DNA of 60,629 nt from Arenicellales bacterium (GTDB lineage Bacteria > Pseudomonadota > Gammaproteobacteria > Arenicellales > JAANXG01): positions 1-60,629 of the forward strand of contig JASJAT010000051.1 of assembly GCA_030066885.1 (NCBI GenBank), given 5' to 3'. Under the pieces are notes generated by a model. The model saw only the letters and a program-made list of their open reading frames with translations. It was not told the DNA's origin and made no database searches. The position numbers and the translations under genes are program-made. This document shows, one piece after another, positions 20,412 through 31,192 of this stretch (position 1 is the stretch's first letter; each line of letters begins with the position of its first letter).

Positions 20412-21137
20412 TTGATCGTCGTCCCTTTTGACAGCAAAGCATGCGTAGCTCCGGTCTTTCGAGAGCTTGTGGAACAGTTGTCCATTCCGAGCACCTCGGA
20501 AGTGGATTTTCCATACGATTGGGTTTTAACTGAGGACAACGACGTGGTTGTCTTAAAAGAATTGAGTCGACCCGATCTCAAACCTTTGTATGTAGATTTG
20601 ATCCCAACCCGTAGGCGCTATAAAAGTTTGCCAATTACTAAACGTGGATCATTGGCAAGGGCTCTTGGACGAAGCACTAAGACGGTGATTGATGCGACCG
20701 CGGGTTGGGGTCAAGACGCCATGTTGGCGTGGATGATGGGCTATCACGTGACCGCGATAGAAAGGTCCCCTGCGATTGGTGCATTGCTTTTAGATGGGTG
20801 GCGCCGATTCAAGCGATACGAACAGGCCAATAGGTATCCGACAGTTATTGTTGGTGACGCAAAATCATACTTGGTGAAACACTGTGCGGACTGCATTTAC
20901 CTCGACCCGATGTTTGTTTTCAGAAAGAAAAGATCGTCTTTGGCCAAAAGGCGCTTGCGGGTCTTAAGAGAGTTAGTCGGTGATGACGAGGATCGAGAAA
21001 TGTTGTTTGAAAGCGCCTGGGGCGCCGCTGATAAACGCGTGGTGACTAAACGTCCTACCCATGCAAAGCCGTGGTTTAGGCCTGATCAAACTTTCAGCGG
21101 CAAAATGATGTGCTATGACGTTTACTTGAAGAACTAG
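20412..21137 (+). CDS. rsmJ: 16S rRNA (guanine1516-N2)-methyltransferase RsmJ.
   Basis: VIDATAGWGQDAMLAWMMGYHVTAIERSPAIGALLLDG and YLDPMF...RVVTKRP align with E. coli RsmJ as recalled. TTG start. Confidence 0.85.
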   Translation: MIVVPFDSKACVAPVFRELVEQLSIPSTSEVDFPYDWVLTEDNDVVVLKELSRPDLKPLYVDLIPTRRRYKSLPITKRGSLARALGRSTKTVIDATAGWGQDAMLAWMMGYHVTAIERSPAIGALLLDGWRRFKRYEQANRYPTVIVGDAKSYLVKHCADCIYLDPMFVFRKKRSSLAKRRLRVLRELVGDDEDREMLFESAWGAADKRVVTKRPTHAKPWFRPDQTFSGKMMCYDVYLKN

Positions 21138-21853
21138 TGAATTGCTACTTCTGTGAAAATCTCGAGGAGACTCATGTCCGAGTGGCACTCGACGAGCATG
21201 AATCACACCACGCTATAGCGTCACGCCGTCAACGGATCGGTGACGAGATTGTCCTGATAAATGGTAAGGGTATGCGAGCCACGGGGGTTATAGATTCCAT
21301 CACCTCTACTGAAGTCAATGTGCAGATCAAATCTTGTTTGCAGATCGAGAGACAAAAACCTACGGTCATTTTAGCCAGTGCTCTGCCAAAAGGGGAAAGG
21401 CAGAAGATCATGCTGGATATGCTGTCTCAGTTGGGGGTAGACGAATTCGTTCCGCTTTATTGTGATCGCAGTGTGGTGAGACCGAGTGAAGCTAGCGTTG
21501 CCCGGTGGTCCCGGGTCTGCTTACAAGCGTGCAAACAAAGTCACAACCCCTTTTTACCTATTTTGAAACAACCCGAACACCCAGTAGGGTTCGCCGAGAG
21601 AATGGCGGAAACCAGGATCTTGGTCTGGGTTGCAGACCCGACAGGAAGCCCAATGAAGTGGCAAGGGTCAATGGAAACTGTGGCCCTTTGTATCGGACCG
21701 GAGGGAGGCTTTAGTGACAGGGAAAAGGAAGGTATGCTTAAAGCTGGAGTCCGGTTTTTCTGTCTTGGTAACAACATCTTGCGTGTAGAAACTGCCGCTG
21801 TGGTATCAATACAAACTACTCGTCAATGTTACCAATTTAATTTCTGCGGATAG
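21137..21853 (+). CDS. rsmE: 16S rRNA (uracil1498-N3)-methyltransferase RsmE.
   Basis: RRQRIGDEIVLINGKG..., C-terminal GPEGGFSDREKE...LGNNILRVETAA. Confidence 0.85.
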   Translation: MNCYFCENLEETHVRVALDEHESHHAIASRRQRIGDEIVLINGKGMRATGVIDSITSTEVNVQIKSCLQIERQKPTVILASALPKGERQKIMLDMLSQLGVDEFVPLYCDRSVVRPSEASVARWSRVCLQACKQSHNPFLPILKQPEHPVGFAERMAETRILVWVADPTGSPMKWQGSMETVALCIGPEGGFSDREKEGMLKAGVRFFCLGNNILRVETAAVVSIQTTRQCYQFNFCG

Positions 21854-21949
21854 TCCAAAAAGTAAATCCGTATCGACAGACCTGATTCGTTTATAATCGG
21901 CGAGCACAGCGACCTGTGTGTCTGTTTATATCCCAGAGGTAAATTAAGA

Positions 21950-22285
21950 ATGACTGATCTCAGTGCCAAAAAATGCGAGGCGTGTCGTGTTGATGCGCCT
22001 CGGGTTACAGAGGCTCAAATTGATGAGCTGCAGCAGCAAGTCCCGGAATGGAATCTGGTAGAAGTGGAGGGAGTAAAGCGACTAACCAGAACATACGGAT
22101 TTAAGGATTTCGCACAAGCGCTTGAGTTTAGTAACAAGGTGGGTACTATCGCAGAAGAAGAAAATCACCACCCGGCTATCTTGACGGAATGGGGGAAGGT
22201 TACAGTTACCTGGTGGACCCACAAGATAAAAGGCTTACACATGAATGACTTTGTCATGGCTGCAAAGACGGATGAACTCTTGTAG
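21950..22285 (+). CDS. phhB: Pterin-4-alpha-carbinolamine dehydratase.
   Basis: [39 protein letters not shown] is the canonical PCD motif. Confidence 0.9.
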   Translation: MTDLSAKKCEACRVDAPRVTEAQIDELQQQVPEWNLVEVEGVKRLTRTYGFKDFAQALEFSNKVGTIAEEENHHPAILTEWGKVTVTWWTHKIKGLHMNDFVMAAKTDELL

Positions 22286-22478
22286 CTGCCCCCAGTCACT
22301 TTTTACTTTTAACTGATTTACTGAATTGCTTCGCTTTGTGCTCTCATACGCTTCTGGTTTACAAGTATCTCAGCGCAACAACCAAATATTTCTTCGCGTG
22401 GTTTGCGCCTTTACGAGAGAAAAACTTGGCGGAAACAATGATCGGTTGGAAGAAATACAGGACGGCGCTACTTGCGGG

Positions 22479-23309
22479 CTAGTTCTGCAGATACCACACA
22501 AGTATGGTTAACGAGACCATGTGTACTATGCCGAGGGGGCCCGAGTGGGGAAAAGAACGATAACCAATCCATTTCGGATTCGCCTTATATATTACAAACG
22601 ATCTGGGCAATTCTACGGCTAAGATACCGGCGGCATGCAGTGTCACAGGCAGCCAGAGGGTTTGATCACTGGCTACGTATGCGCTGCCCAATACGACACC
22701 AACGAAAAAAAGGCCGATGGCAGGTTGCAAGGCGGGTTTTCTTTTCGAATCGCGTCGGCGTATGAAGTGAACGGAAGAAAATACTGCTGATGACAATGCA
22801 ATGGCTAGAACAGGTCCCCATGTTCCGCTCCACCAGTTCAAGAGTGCGTGCAGCAGTACACCCCGAAATACCGCTTCTTCCATGATTGCTAACGGGATCG
22901 GTGTTATAAAGCAACTAAGTACACGCCTAGTCGTCTTGCGGTTGGAATACAGAAAAGCGAACTCGGCGGCACCTGTTACGGCATATAGGGCGTAGATCAA
23001 TGCAAAACCCGCGATACAGGCCATCGCCAAGATGATCATAGAATCAATCGGCACTGGGGGTCGAAAAGCTTGGCGGTAGAAGTCGATCGGATTACTTCCG
23101 ATCAGGATTGGATAGCCGATGATGATGACCAACCAACTCAGCTGTACCATGACCTTCATTGGATAGACGACAGAGGGGTTGTCAGTTTGGTAGCGTAGAA
23201 GAGGCGCAAGCTTTTCACCATTTGTGATGAGTAATATGCTTTGTACGCCCCACAAAAAGACGAATCCACCCACTATTAGTACACAAATCGCAGCTATTGA
23301 GCTCATCAT
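22479..23309 (-). CDS. CPBP (CAAX) family intramembrane glutamic endopeptidase.
   Basis: EEAVFRGVLLHALL and SSAVFSSVHF motifs. Multi-TM. The ATG at 23309 forms an ATGA overlap with the upstream stop. Confidence 0.8.
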   Translation of the reverse strand: MMSSIAAICVLIVGGFVFLWGVQSILLITNGEKLAPLLRYQTDNPSVVYPMKVMVQLSWLVIIIGYPILIGSNPIDFYRQAFRPPVPIDSMIILAMACIAGFALIYALYAVTGAAEFAFLYSNRKTTRRVLSCFITPIPLAIMEEAVFRGVLLHALLNWWSGTWGPVLAIALSSAVFSSVHFIRRRDSKRKPALQPAIGLFFVGVVLGSAYVASDQTLWLPVTLHAAGILAVELPRSFVIYKANPKWIGYRSFPHSGPLGIVHMVSLTILVWYLQN

Positions 23310-24247
23310 TGAGTCGGTTTCACCGATTGTGTCCGCCACACTTTTGACCAGTGACGATCCAGCCAGAATTGCCAACTACTCGGGTATTGCCGCAGATGCT
23401 CCGCAAACGTATCGCACCAGTCTTGCATGCCGTCGATCATGGTTTGTTCCCTATCCCCGGTTCGAGCATATTCCTTTGGTTCGTGACAATGTATTACTAC
23501 GTGGTCTTTTTCCCATAGTAGAAAAGCATTCACGACTGGTGCTCCAGTGACCATAGCAAGACTGATTATGCCGGGACGTAAACTGATCGTCCTGCCCAGC
23601 AAACTAATCATCACGCCGTCACCGGATTGGGCCAGCAAATCGGGAGTAATAACCAGGATGTTGCCCTGCCGCAGACACCGAGTACAAACGCGCATGTCCG
23701 ACGCAACGTTTCCACGGCGTGGGCGAAAAATCACTCTGCATCCACCTGCGGTCCCATAGTATTGTTCTTTTACCCGCATGTGCGGCGCATATTTACTCTC
23801 ACGTACCAGTCCCACGGTAGGGTAGGTTCGCGCCATGATACCGGCGGTCATTTCGTGTGCGATCAAATGTGGCACTGAATAGATCACGCCTTTTCCACGA
23901 GACAGCGCCTCCTCAAGTATTTCAATGCTGTCGTCAAAAACCATCCAGTCAGTAATCCCAGATTCGACCAGGCCTCGATGGTAGGCCTGCATCGCGTACG
24001 CGGCCCAAGTGGCCAGTTTATTGAAATAATCGCTAGCCTCGTTAGGACGGACATTTCCTTTACCCAGTGCCAGCTCCATGTTTTTTTGGGCTTTTAGCTT
24101 GAGTGGTACTAGGGATTTGAGCACCGAGCTAATTGTTTTCGCGGTGCTACCTACCCGGCCGGCCGGAATCAATTTACCAAGGTCTAGTAAACGATGAATG
24201 GTCCCATACTTGAGCACCGTACCGATCTTTTTAAAGGGGCGAGCCAT
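23306..24247 (-). CDS. Lysophospholipid / lipid A biosynthesis acyltransferase family protein (LpxL/HtrB-like).
   Basis: KGVIYSVPHLIAHEMTAG (H-x4-E-type box) and ILVITPDL...GAPVV, consistent with the PF03279-type family. Substrate unknown. Confidence 0.6.
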   Translation of the reverse strand: MARPFKKIGTVLKYGTIHRLLDLGKLIPAGRVGSTAKTISSVLKSLVPLKLKAQKNMELALGKGNVRPNEASDYFNKLATWAAYAMQAYHRGLVESGITDWMVFDDSIEILEEALSRGKGVIYSVPHLIAHEMTAGIMARTYPTVGLVRESKYAPHMRVKEQYYGTAGGCRVIFRPRRGNVASDMRVCTRCLRQGNILVITPDLLAQSGDGVMISLLGRTISLRPGIISLAMVTGAPVVNAFLLWEKDHVVIHCHEPKEYARTGDREQTMIDGMQDWCDTFAEHLRQYPSSWQFWLDRHWSKVWRTQSVKPTQ

Positions 24248-24340
24248 GGAATTTAGCAGAAAGCTTAAAGTATAAAGTTTAAAAGCTGGAATCTTTTTCT
24301 TTTCACTTCAAACTTCTTTAACTTTTAACTTTTTACTAAC

Positions 24341-27130
24341 TCAGTGTAGTGCTTTAACTTTGTCTATCTGGGATCTTAGTTTGTCGAGCGTGGTTTCCAA
24401 CTCAACAGCGCGCGTGCGCTCCTTCTCTACAACTTCATTCGGTGCTTTTCTAACAAAGTTGGGATTGTCGAGCTTGGTTCTGATACGTTGCACCTCTTTT
24501 TGCGTTTTGTTTTGTTCACGTTCCAGCCTGGAAAGTTCGGCGTTCTTGTCAATCAAATCGCCCAGCGGTACTAAAACCTTCATATGCCCAACTAGAGCTG
24601 TCGCGGGAGAATCTGGAGCATTGTCATCACCTATAACGGAGACGCTGTCAAACTTTCCGAATCGGATGAGGTAGTCAAGGTTTCTCGCCAGGTAATCGGT
24701 GTCATCTTCATTGGTGTCTTGTAAGAACACGGTGACGTGTTTGTTGGGATCGATATTCATCTCACCCCTGATGTTGCGAACACTGCTGATAACGGCTTGT
24801 ACCCACTCCATCTCGTTCAGAGCTTGTGGGTCTACTTTATCTAGTTCTGCATTGGGGTAGGGTTGAGTCATGATGGTTGCGCCTTGTTTACCAGCTAGCG
24901 GCGCTAATTCGAGCCAGAGTGCCTCGGTTATAAAGGGCATGATCGGGTGAAGCAGTCTAAGCGAGGCCTCCATAACTCGCACCAGTGTACTGCGCGTCCC
25001 GCGCAGCTGACTGGGACTGGAGTCGCTATTGTTTAAGTCTACTTTGGCCAATTCCAGGTACCAACTACAATAGTCGTTCCATACGAATTGGTATAGACCT
25101 TGTGCCATATGATCGAAGCGGTAGCTTTCTATTGATTGTCGAGCCTGTTGTTCAACTTGTTGAAGGCGGGAGATGATCCAGCGGTCAGCGAGACCAAGTT
25201 CAATCTCATCGCTTTTTTGCCCACAATCCTTCCCTTCTGTGTTGATAAGGATAAAACGGACAGCGTTCCAAAGTTTATTGCAGAAATTTCTATAGCCACC
25301 GATGCGCCCCAAATCGAAGTTGATGTTTCGCCCCATCGATGCCAGCGAGGTAAAGGTGTAGCGCAGAGCGTCAGTACCAAAGGCAGGAATACCTTCAGGA
25401 TAGTCCGAACGCGTGGTTGCTTCGATTTTATGTGCCATCTGCGGCTGCATTAGTCCAGCCGTTCTCTTTGCGACGAGCGACTCTAAATCGATGCCATCTA
25501 TGAGATCCAGCGGATCCAACACATTACCTTTGGATTTCGACATCTTTTGCCCATGCGCGTCACGTACAAGGCCGTGAACGTATACTTCATGAAAAGGAAT
25601 GTCGCCCATGAACTTTAGCCCCATCATGATCATCCGGGCCACCCAGAAAAAGATAATATCGAAGCCTGTGACCAGGACATTGGTAGGGTAAAAAGTTTTT
25701 AGGTCCTTGGTATCTTCCGGCCATCCCAGCGTAGAAAACGGCCACAGCGCAGAAGAGAACCAGGTATCTAATACGTCGGGATCTTGAACGAGTTCCACAT
25801 TCTTACCATGTTTTTCCTTTGCTTGTGTTTGTGCCTCCTCAACATTTCTCGCAACAAAAATATCACCGTCCGCGTCATACCAGGCGGGGATACGATGTCC
25901 CCACCACAGTTGACGCGAAATACACCAATCTTGGATATTTCTCATCCACTCAAAATAGGTCAGTGCCCAGTTATCAGGTATGAACTTGATACGTCCTTGC
26001 TCGACAACTTCGATGGATTCCTTTGCTAAAGGCGCCGCCTTCACGAACCATTGATCTGTTAAATAAGGTTCCACGGCTTCACCCGTTCTGTCGCAACGTG
26101 GTACCGTCAACTTGTGATCTTCGATACTATGTAGCAAACCTTGCCGCTCCAAATCTTCGACAACCTTTTGCCTAGCTTCATAGCGATCTAAGCCATGGTA
26201 AGCAGTTCCCGGCAAATCCACCGCTGCGTCTGGTGTAAAAATATTCATCAACGGTAAACTATGACGTTGCCCAATCTCATAGTCGTTAAAATCATGCGCT
26301 GGTGTGATCTTGACGCAGCCTGAACCGAATTCGGGATCAACATAATCATCTGCAATAATCGGAATTTCCCGGTTGACTAAAGGCAGCAATACCGTTTCAC
26401 CGATCAGGCTTTGATAACGAGGGTCTTGGGGATGCACCGCAACGGCGGTGTCCCCGAGCATAGTTTCTGGGCGAGTGGTCGCCACAATCATATGTTTGTC
26501 TGGTTGCCCTTGGATTGGGTAGCGCAGGTTCCAAAGCTGTCCCGATTCTTCCTCTGCAATGACCTCGAGGTCGGAGACCGCGGTGTGTAATTTTGGGTCC
26601 CAGTTAACTAACCGCTTACCGCGGTATATCAATCCTTCTCTATAGAGTTGTATGAACACTTCCTGGACGGCGCGAGACAAACCTTCATCCATGGTGAATC
26701 TTTCGCGTTTCCAGTCCAAGGAAGCGCCCATGCGTCGCAACTGGCGGTTTATGGTGCCACCAGACTCTTTTTTCCATTCCCAAACACGATCAACAAACTT
26801 TTCACGTCCCAGATCGTGCCGACTTTGTTTGTTCTGTTCTAGCTGCCTCTCTACCACCATCTGTGTGGCGATTCCCGCATGATCCATACCTGCTTGCCAC
26901 AGAGTATTCCGGCCGGACATACGATGGAATCTGATCAAGATGTCCATGATAGTGTCCTGGAAAGCGTGCCCCATATGTAAGCTGCCAGTCACGTTGGGAG
27001 GTGGGATCATGATGCAATAAGGGTCGCCCTCACCGGATGGTGTAAAACAACCCTGGTTTTCCCAACGGTCATACAGCTGTCGTTCGATTGCCGCAGGTTC
27101 GTATGTTTTGTTTAGTTGTTTTAACTGCAT
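24341..27130 (-). CDS. valS: Valine-tRNA ligase.
   Basis: [14 protein letters not shown] (HIGH) and [10 protein letters not shown] (KMSKS). 929 aa with a C-terminal coiled coil. Confidence 0.97.
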   Translation of the reverse strand: MQLKQLNKTYEPAAIERQLYDRWENQGCFTPSGEGDPYCIMIPPPNVTGSLHMGHAFQDTIMDILIRFHRMSGRNTLWQAGMDHAGIATQMVVERQLEQNKQSRHDLGREKFVDRVWEWKKESGGTINRQLRRMGASLDWKRERFTMDEGLSRAVQEVFIQLYREGLIYRGKRLVNWDPKLHTAVSDLEVIAEEESGQLWNLRYPIQGQPDKHMIVATTRPETMLGDTAVAVHPQDPRYQSLIGETVLLPLVNREIPIIADDYVDPEFGSGCVKITPAHDFNDYEIGQRHSLPLMNIFTPDAAVDLPGTAYHGLDRYEARQKVVEDLERQGLLHSIEDHKLTVPRCDRTGEAVEPYLTDQWFVKAAPLAKESIEVVEQGRIKFIPDNWALTYFEWMRNIQDWCISRQLWWGHRIPAWYDADGDIFVARNVEEAQTQAKEKHGKNVELVQDPDVLDTWFSSALWPFSTLGWPEDTKDLKTFYPTNVLVTGFDIIFFWVARMIMMGLKFMGDIPFHEVYVHGLVRDAHGQKMSKSKGNVLDPLDLIDGIDLESLVAKRTAGLMQPQMAHKIEATTRSDYPEGIPAFGTDALRYTFTSLASMGRNINFDLGRIGGYRNFCNKLWNAVRFILINTEGKDCGQKSDEIELGLADRWIISRLQQVEQQARQSIESYRFDHMAQGLYQFVWNDYCSWYLELAKVDLNNSDSSPSQLRGTRSTLVRVMEASLRLLHPIMPFITEALWLELAPLAGKQGATIMTQPYPNAELDKVDPQALNEMEWVQAVISSVRNIRGEMNIDPNKHVTVFLQDTNEDDTDYLARNLDYLIRFGKFDSVSVIGDDNAPDSPATALVGHMKVLVPLGDLIDKNAELSRLEREQNKTQKEVQRIRTKLDNPNFVRKAPNEVVEKERTRAVELETTLDKLRSQIDKVKALH

Positions 27131-27206
27131 CGTTTTTTCAGATTAGTTCAATCGAGGCAGCGCATTATACGCGAGCTCTTTGAAATCGGGAGATGCCGTT
27201 TTCGGC

Positions 27207-28019
27207 TTATTCAGTGTGGCTGGTGCTTTTGTTGCCCAATATATAAGTCAGGATTTGGCGTAGTCTTTCCTCTTGTTCGCCGTCCATTTGGGTCAAGCTG
27301 TTCTGTCGGAGCCGCTCTCTTAAATCGTTGACACAGACTTCCAGCAGCACTTCTCGATCCACTGTATCTGTTTTTGCTACGTTAGCCGCGGGTGTCACCG
27401 GTTCGAAGACAACATCAGTGAGCACGGGTATGGTGTCGATAACTGGTACCTCAACATCTTGATCAGCTAGATCTTCGCTATCAAGTTCTAATACCAAATC
27501 CTCAGTAACTGGAGGGTCGTCTTCTTGCCTAAACGGATCGATCCACGTTGACTCTTCTTTACTCTCATGGTTGTCAGGAGAGCCAAACGGTGTAAGGAGA
27601 CTCTCTTCAGCTTCCTGTTGTTCCTTGTCGACGCTCGTCGGAGGGTCGATGACATTAGGTGTGTTGTCAACCTCCGGCACTTGTGCACTTACGGCAGAAG
27701 TTGTTTCGTTGTCAGTTATTTTGGGGTTTACTGGATCTGCACTGGTGGCGTGTACACTTGATTCAGCAGTAATCGCAGTTGCTTTCTCGTTGGCAGGGGG
27801 TAGAGGGGGTTCGTCTGGCGGTGTTTGTTGGTTAGGTAAGTCGGGATTGGTTTCTGTTTGAGTCGTTTGTGGGTCGGGGGTATTTACTGTCGACTTGGGT
27901 TGCTTTGCCTTAGTTTGCTCAATTGATCCTTGGTCGTCTTCCAGCAGAACCTGTAGTGATCTTAGTGTTTCGGTCAGCGCGCTGTCCGGGTCTACCTTCT
28001 TTTTACGCCTGAACCACAT
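27207..28019 (-). CDS. Hypothetical acidic Pro/Thr/Glu-rich, probably disordered protein.
   Basis: The ATG at 28019 lies 1 nt after the holC stop. MWFRRKKK... is followed by low-complexity PDPQTTQTETNPDLPNQQTPPDEPPLPP and acidic tracts. No recognisable domain. Confidence 0.5.
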   Translation of the reverse strand: MWFRRKKKVDPDSALTETLRSLQVLLEDDQGSIEQTKAKQPKSTVNTPDPQTTQTETNPDLPNQQTPPDEPPLPPANEKATAITAESSVHATSADPVNPKITDNETTSAVSAQVPEVDNTPNVIDPPTSVDKEQQEAEESLLTPFGSPDNHESKEESTWIDPFRQEDDPPVTEDLVLELDSEDLADQDVEVPVIDTIPVLTDVVFEPVTPAANVAKTDTVDREVLLEVCVNDLRERLRQNSLTQMDGEQEERLRQILTYILGNKSTSHTE

Positions 28020-28020
28020 A

Positions 28021-28458
28021 TTAGATTCGTATGTCGTGGGTTTCCAATGTACAACCGTGCTCACGGTATAATCGAAATCGATCACGTGCTTTAGACTTAT
28101 CCTCAACAGTATCGTCGACAAACTCCGCAATTCGCGAATACTGAATAAAGTAGTCCGGCACTGTGTCTAAAAGGGAGATTAGCACGTTTTCTTGGTTATA
28201 CGTGGGTTCAAGATATCCGATGACGATAGGTGCATCCGGTCGTGTGGTTTCGTCGGTTAATGCATGGGGAACAAAACTGCTTTGGTCGAAAGTCCACATC
28301 AAGTCGTCCAAAGTCTCTGCTTGTGCCAAATCCCGGGCCTGTATTAACGCAGTATGACCTAAAGTATAGATTTTTTGACATAAACGACAAGCAGCACGCA
28401 GCTTACCGTCTGGTGTGTGACGATTGAGTAGATAAAAGTCAACGCGAGGCATAGCCAC
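28021..28458 (-). CDS. holC: DNA polymerase III subunit chi.
   Basis: MAMPRVDFYLL... is a chi-like N-terminus. 145 aa, in the conserved pepA-holC-valS position. Confidence 0.85.
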   Translation of the reverse strand: MAMPRVDFYLLNRHTPDGKLRAACRLCQKIYTLGHTALIQARDLAQAETLDDLMWTFDQSSFVPHALTDETTRPDAPIVIGYLEPTYNQENVLISLLDTVPDYFIQYSRIAEFVDDTVEDKSKARDRFRLYREHGCTLETHDIRI

Positions 28459-28462
28459 CTAA

Positions 28463-29956
28463 CTAGTGTTTGTCACTACGATCTATCAAAAACTGACTAA
28501 GTAGTGGCACAACCCTTCCGGTAGCCCCTTTGGCCTTGCCGCTGCGCCAGGCAGTACCGGCAATATCTAAATGAGCCCATTTATAATCCTCTGTGAAGCG
28601 TGAAAGGAAACATCCAGCCGTAATAGCACCAGCCGACGGTCCACCGATGTTCGCGATATCGGCAAAGTTACTATCCAGTTGAGACTGATAGTCTTCCCCC
28701 AACGGTAATTGCCAGGCTTTGTCCAGGCTTTTTTCACCCGCTTCGACCAGTTCATCAGCGAGCTGTTGGTTATTAGCCATCAGCCCGCTCGTATGATTAC
28801 CCAATGCGACGACGCAAGCCCCCGTTAAAGTGGCGATATCGATTACGACCGAAGGTTTGAAACGCTCGGCATAGGTCAATGCGTCACACAATATGAGACG
28901 GCCCTCGGCATCGGTATTAAGCACTTCAATGGTCTTTTTAGAAAGTGAAGTGACGATGTCGCCAGGTTTATTGGCAGCACCGTCAGGTAAATTTTCCGAG
29001 CTGGGGATTAAACCGATCACGTTCAGAGGGAGTTTCAGTTCGGCAGCTGCCACCAAGGCACCGAAGACACTAGCGGCGCCACACATGTCGTATTTCATCT
29101 CATCCATCTTGGCAGCGGGTTTGAGTGAAATACCGCCGGCGTCAAAAGTAAGTCCTTTGCCGACCAAAACTACTGGATGCCTGGTTCTGAGACCAGCACG
29201 ATACTCCATAACGATAAGTTTGGGTGGTTGCCGGCTGCCCCTTGAGACCGATAGCAGAGCGCCCATACCCAGCTTTTCCATCTGCGATTGACCTAGCACC
29301 CTGGTTTTTATCGGATACTTCTTTTGTAGGTTCCGTGCCTGCTGTGCTAAGTATGATGGGGTACAAACATTCCCCGGCAAATTACCCAGGTTTTTCGCCA
29401 AAGTAACACCTGTGTTGATGGCTTGGCCTTGCTTGATGCCTTGCCTTGTGTTTCTTAGCTGTGCCTGGGTTGATACGTTAAGAACCAAGTTGATCGATTG
29501 AGATTCATCTTTCTTGCTCTTCATGCTATCGAAGCGGTATACGGTATCGCCCATGGACTCAACCAGATGCCTCGCCTTCCCGGTATATTCGTGATCTTTG
29601 ACTTCGTCCGACAGCAACCAAAGACTCGCCGTATTCACATGTATCGCCTGTAGTTTTCGAATAACGGCAGCACAAGCTTCTCTAAATTTTTTAATATCCA
29701 GATCTTTGGGCTTGCCGTAACCAACTACAACGAGTTTTTCCGTTCTCAAACCGGGCACGTCATACAACACGATGGTTTCATTGTTTTCGACTTTGAAGTC
29801 GCCGTTCTTTATGCGTTTACTTATGGCGCCTTGAGTCAGATCGTCGACTTTCGCTGCTAACCCTTGTAGTGGCGTGGATTGGAAGGCACCGATAACCGTG
29901 CAGGAGGCTTGTTTGTCTTTGAGTTTGCTTAGTTTTACAGAGAATTTCACGTACAT
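28463..29956 (-). CDS. pepA: Leucyl aminopeptidase PepA.
   Basis: VGKGLTFDAGGISLKP, MKYDMCGAA and NTDAEGRLILCDAL are M17 signature motifs. Confidence 0.95.
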   Translation of the reverse strand: MYVKFSVKLSKLKDKQASCTVIGAFQSTPLQGLAAKVDDLTQGAISKRIKNGDFKVENNETIVLYDVPGLRTEKLVVVGYGKPKDLDIKKFREACAAVIRKLQAIHVNTASLWLLSDEVKDHEYTGKARHLVESMGDTVYRFDSMKSKKDESQSINLVLNVSTQAQLRNTRQGIKQGQAINTGVTLAKNLGNLPGNVCTPSYLAQQARNLQKKYPIKTRVLGQSQMEKLGMGALLSVSRGSRQPPKLIVMEYRAGLRTRHPVVLVGKGLTFDAGGISLKPAAKMDEMKYDMCGAASVFGALVAAAELKLPLNVIGLIPSSENLPDGAANKPGDIVTSLSKKTIEVLNTDAEGRLILCDALTYAERFKPSVVIDIATLTGACVVALGNHTSGLMANNQQLADELVEAGEKSLDKAWQLPLGEDYQSQLDSNFADIANIGGPSAGAITAGCFLSRFTEDYKWAHLDIAGTAWRSGKAKGATGRVVPLLSQFLIDRSDKH

Positions 29957-30074
29957 CCCCGTTTTCATTTGATTTAACGTGGTTTAAAGTTGCACCTGCT
30001 TGAATTTTGGATACAGGCTTCGAAGATTGTCCTTTTTTATAATAACTTTTGTCAAAACTACCAAATAGTTACTT

Positions 30075-31190
30075 GTGATAGTCAATCGTGCACTAGTACA
30101 GGAAGTACTGCAAACCAGCATGGCCGTAACGTTGGTGATAGTCAGCATCTTTGTCGTAGTACGCTCGCTTGGCTTTCTGCAACAGGCGGTACAAGGTTAT
30201 GTCCCAGTCGAAGCGGTCTTGATCCTGGTGGTGTTGAAGATGGTGGCTTACATGGACGTTATCATTCCACTAATGATGTACATTGCCATACTCATGGTTC
30301 TCGGTAGGTGGAATAGGGACAATGAAATGGTTGTCTTGGCGGCATGCGGAATCAGCCCGCTTAACTTGCTCAAACCATTGTTGGTGTTAATACTCATCGT
30401 AGGGGGTGTGGTCGCTCTATTTTCGTTTTACTTAACCCCGCTAGCCATACAAAAAGGCTACGAAGTGGAGCAGGATTACCACAGTCGAAGCGAGATCACC
30501 GGCATCATACCCGGAAAGTTTATGGAAACTAAAAAGGGGCGGGGAATGTATTTTGTCGAGCGCTTTGATCGCGAAGCAGATCGGTATGAAAACATCTTCG
30601 TCTATAGATCCTCGTTTGGCAAAGAAGGCGTTGTCGTTTCAAAGTATGCGTTTAAAAGGACCGATGAGCTGACAGGAGATCAGTTTCTGGTCTTGAATAA
30701 TGGCACCCGCTACGAAGGCAATCCAGGACAGACCGATTATCGTATTATGGATTTTGAGACGTACGCCTTGCGTATCGAACCTAAAACGTACGTTCCTACC
30801 GCGGGCCCCATTAAAGGTTGGCCGACGGCTAAAATCTATGGCGACCGCCATCCCGCTGTAGCAAGCGAATTACATTGGCGTATCGCAAAAGTCGTTATTG
30901 TGCCTGTTTTAGCGGTATTTGCCCTGGCCTTCAGTTTCGTCAATCCTCGGCAGGGCCGACTGCCCAGTATGATCATGGCCTTTTTAGCTTACTTTCTGTA
31001 TACCAATACACTTGGATTTTCCGTTGCTTTGCTCAGTAAGGGCAGGATAGACCCTGCCGTGGGGTTATGGTGGGTGCATGGTATTTTTGTTGTTATCGCT
31101 GCAATGTTTTTATACCGGCGCCAGCGCAACCTTTCACTGATACCCTTTCCCAGGGTGCGGTTGCCTCGGCTTAGGTGGCGGCCAGCTTGA
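30075..31190 (+). CDS. lptF: LPS export ABC transporter permease LptF.
   Basis: Start is (GTG) MIVNRALVQEVLQTSMAVTLV. Six-TM YjgP/YjgQ architecture, divergent from pepA as in E. coli. Confidence 0.88.
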   Translation: MIVNRALVQEVLQTSMAVTLVIVSIFVVVRSLGFLQQAVQGYVPVEAVLILVVLKMVAYMDVIIPLMMYIAILMVLGRWNRDNEMVVLAACGISPLNLLKPLLVLILIVGGVVALFSFYLTPLAIQKGYEVEQDYHSRSEITGIIPGKFMETKKGRGMYFVERFDREADRYENIFVYRSSFGKEGVVVSKYAFKRTDELTGDQFLVLNNGTRYEGNPGQTDYRIMDFETYALRIEPKTYVPTAGPIKGWPTAKIYGDRHPAVASELHWRIAKVVIVPVLAVFALAFSFVNPRQGRLPSMIMAFLAYFLYTNTLGFSVALLSKGRIDPAVGLWWVHGIFVVIAAMFLYRRQRNLSLIPFPRVRLPRLRWRPA

Positions 31191-31192
31191 GC

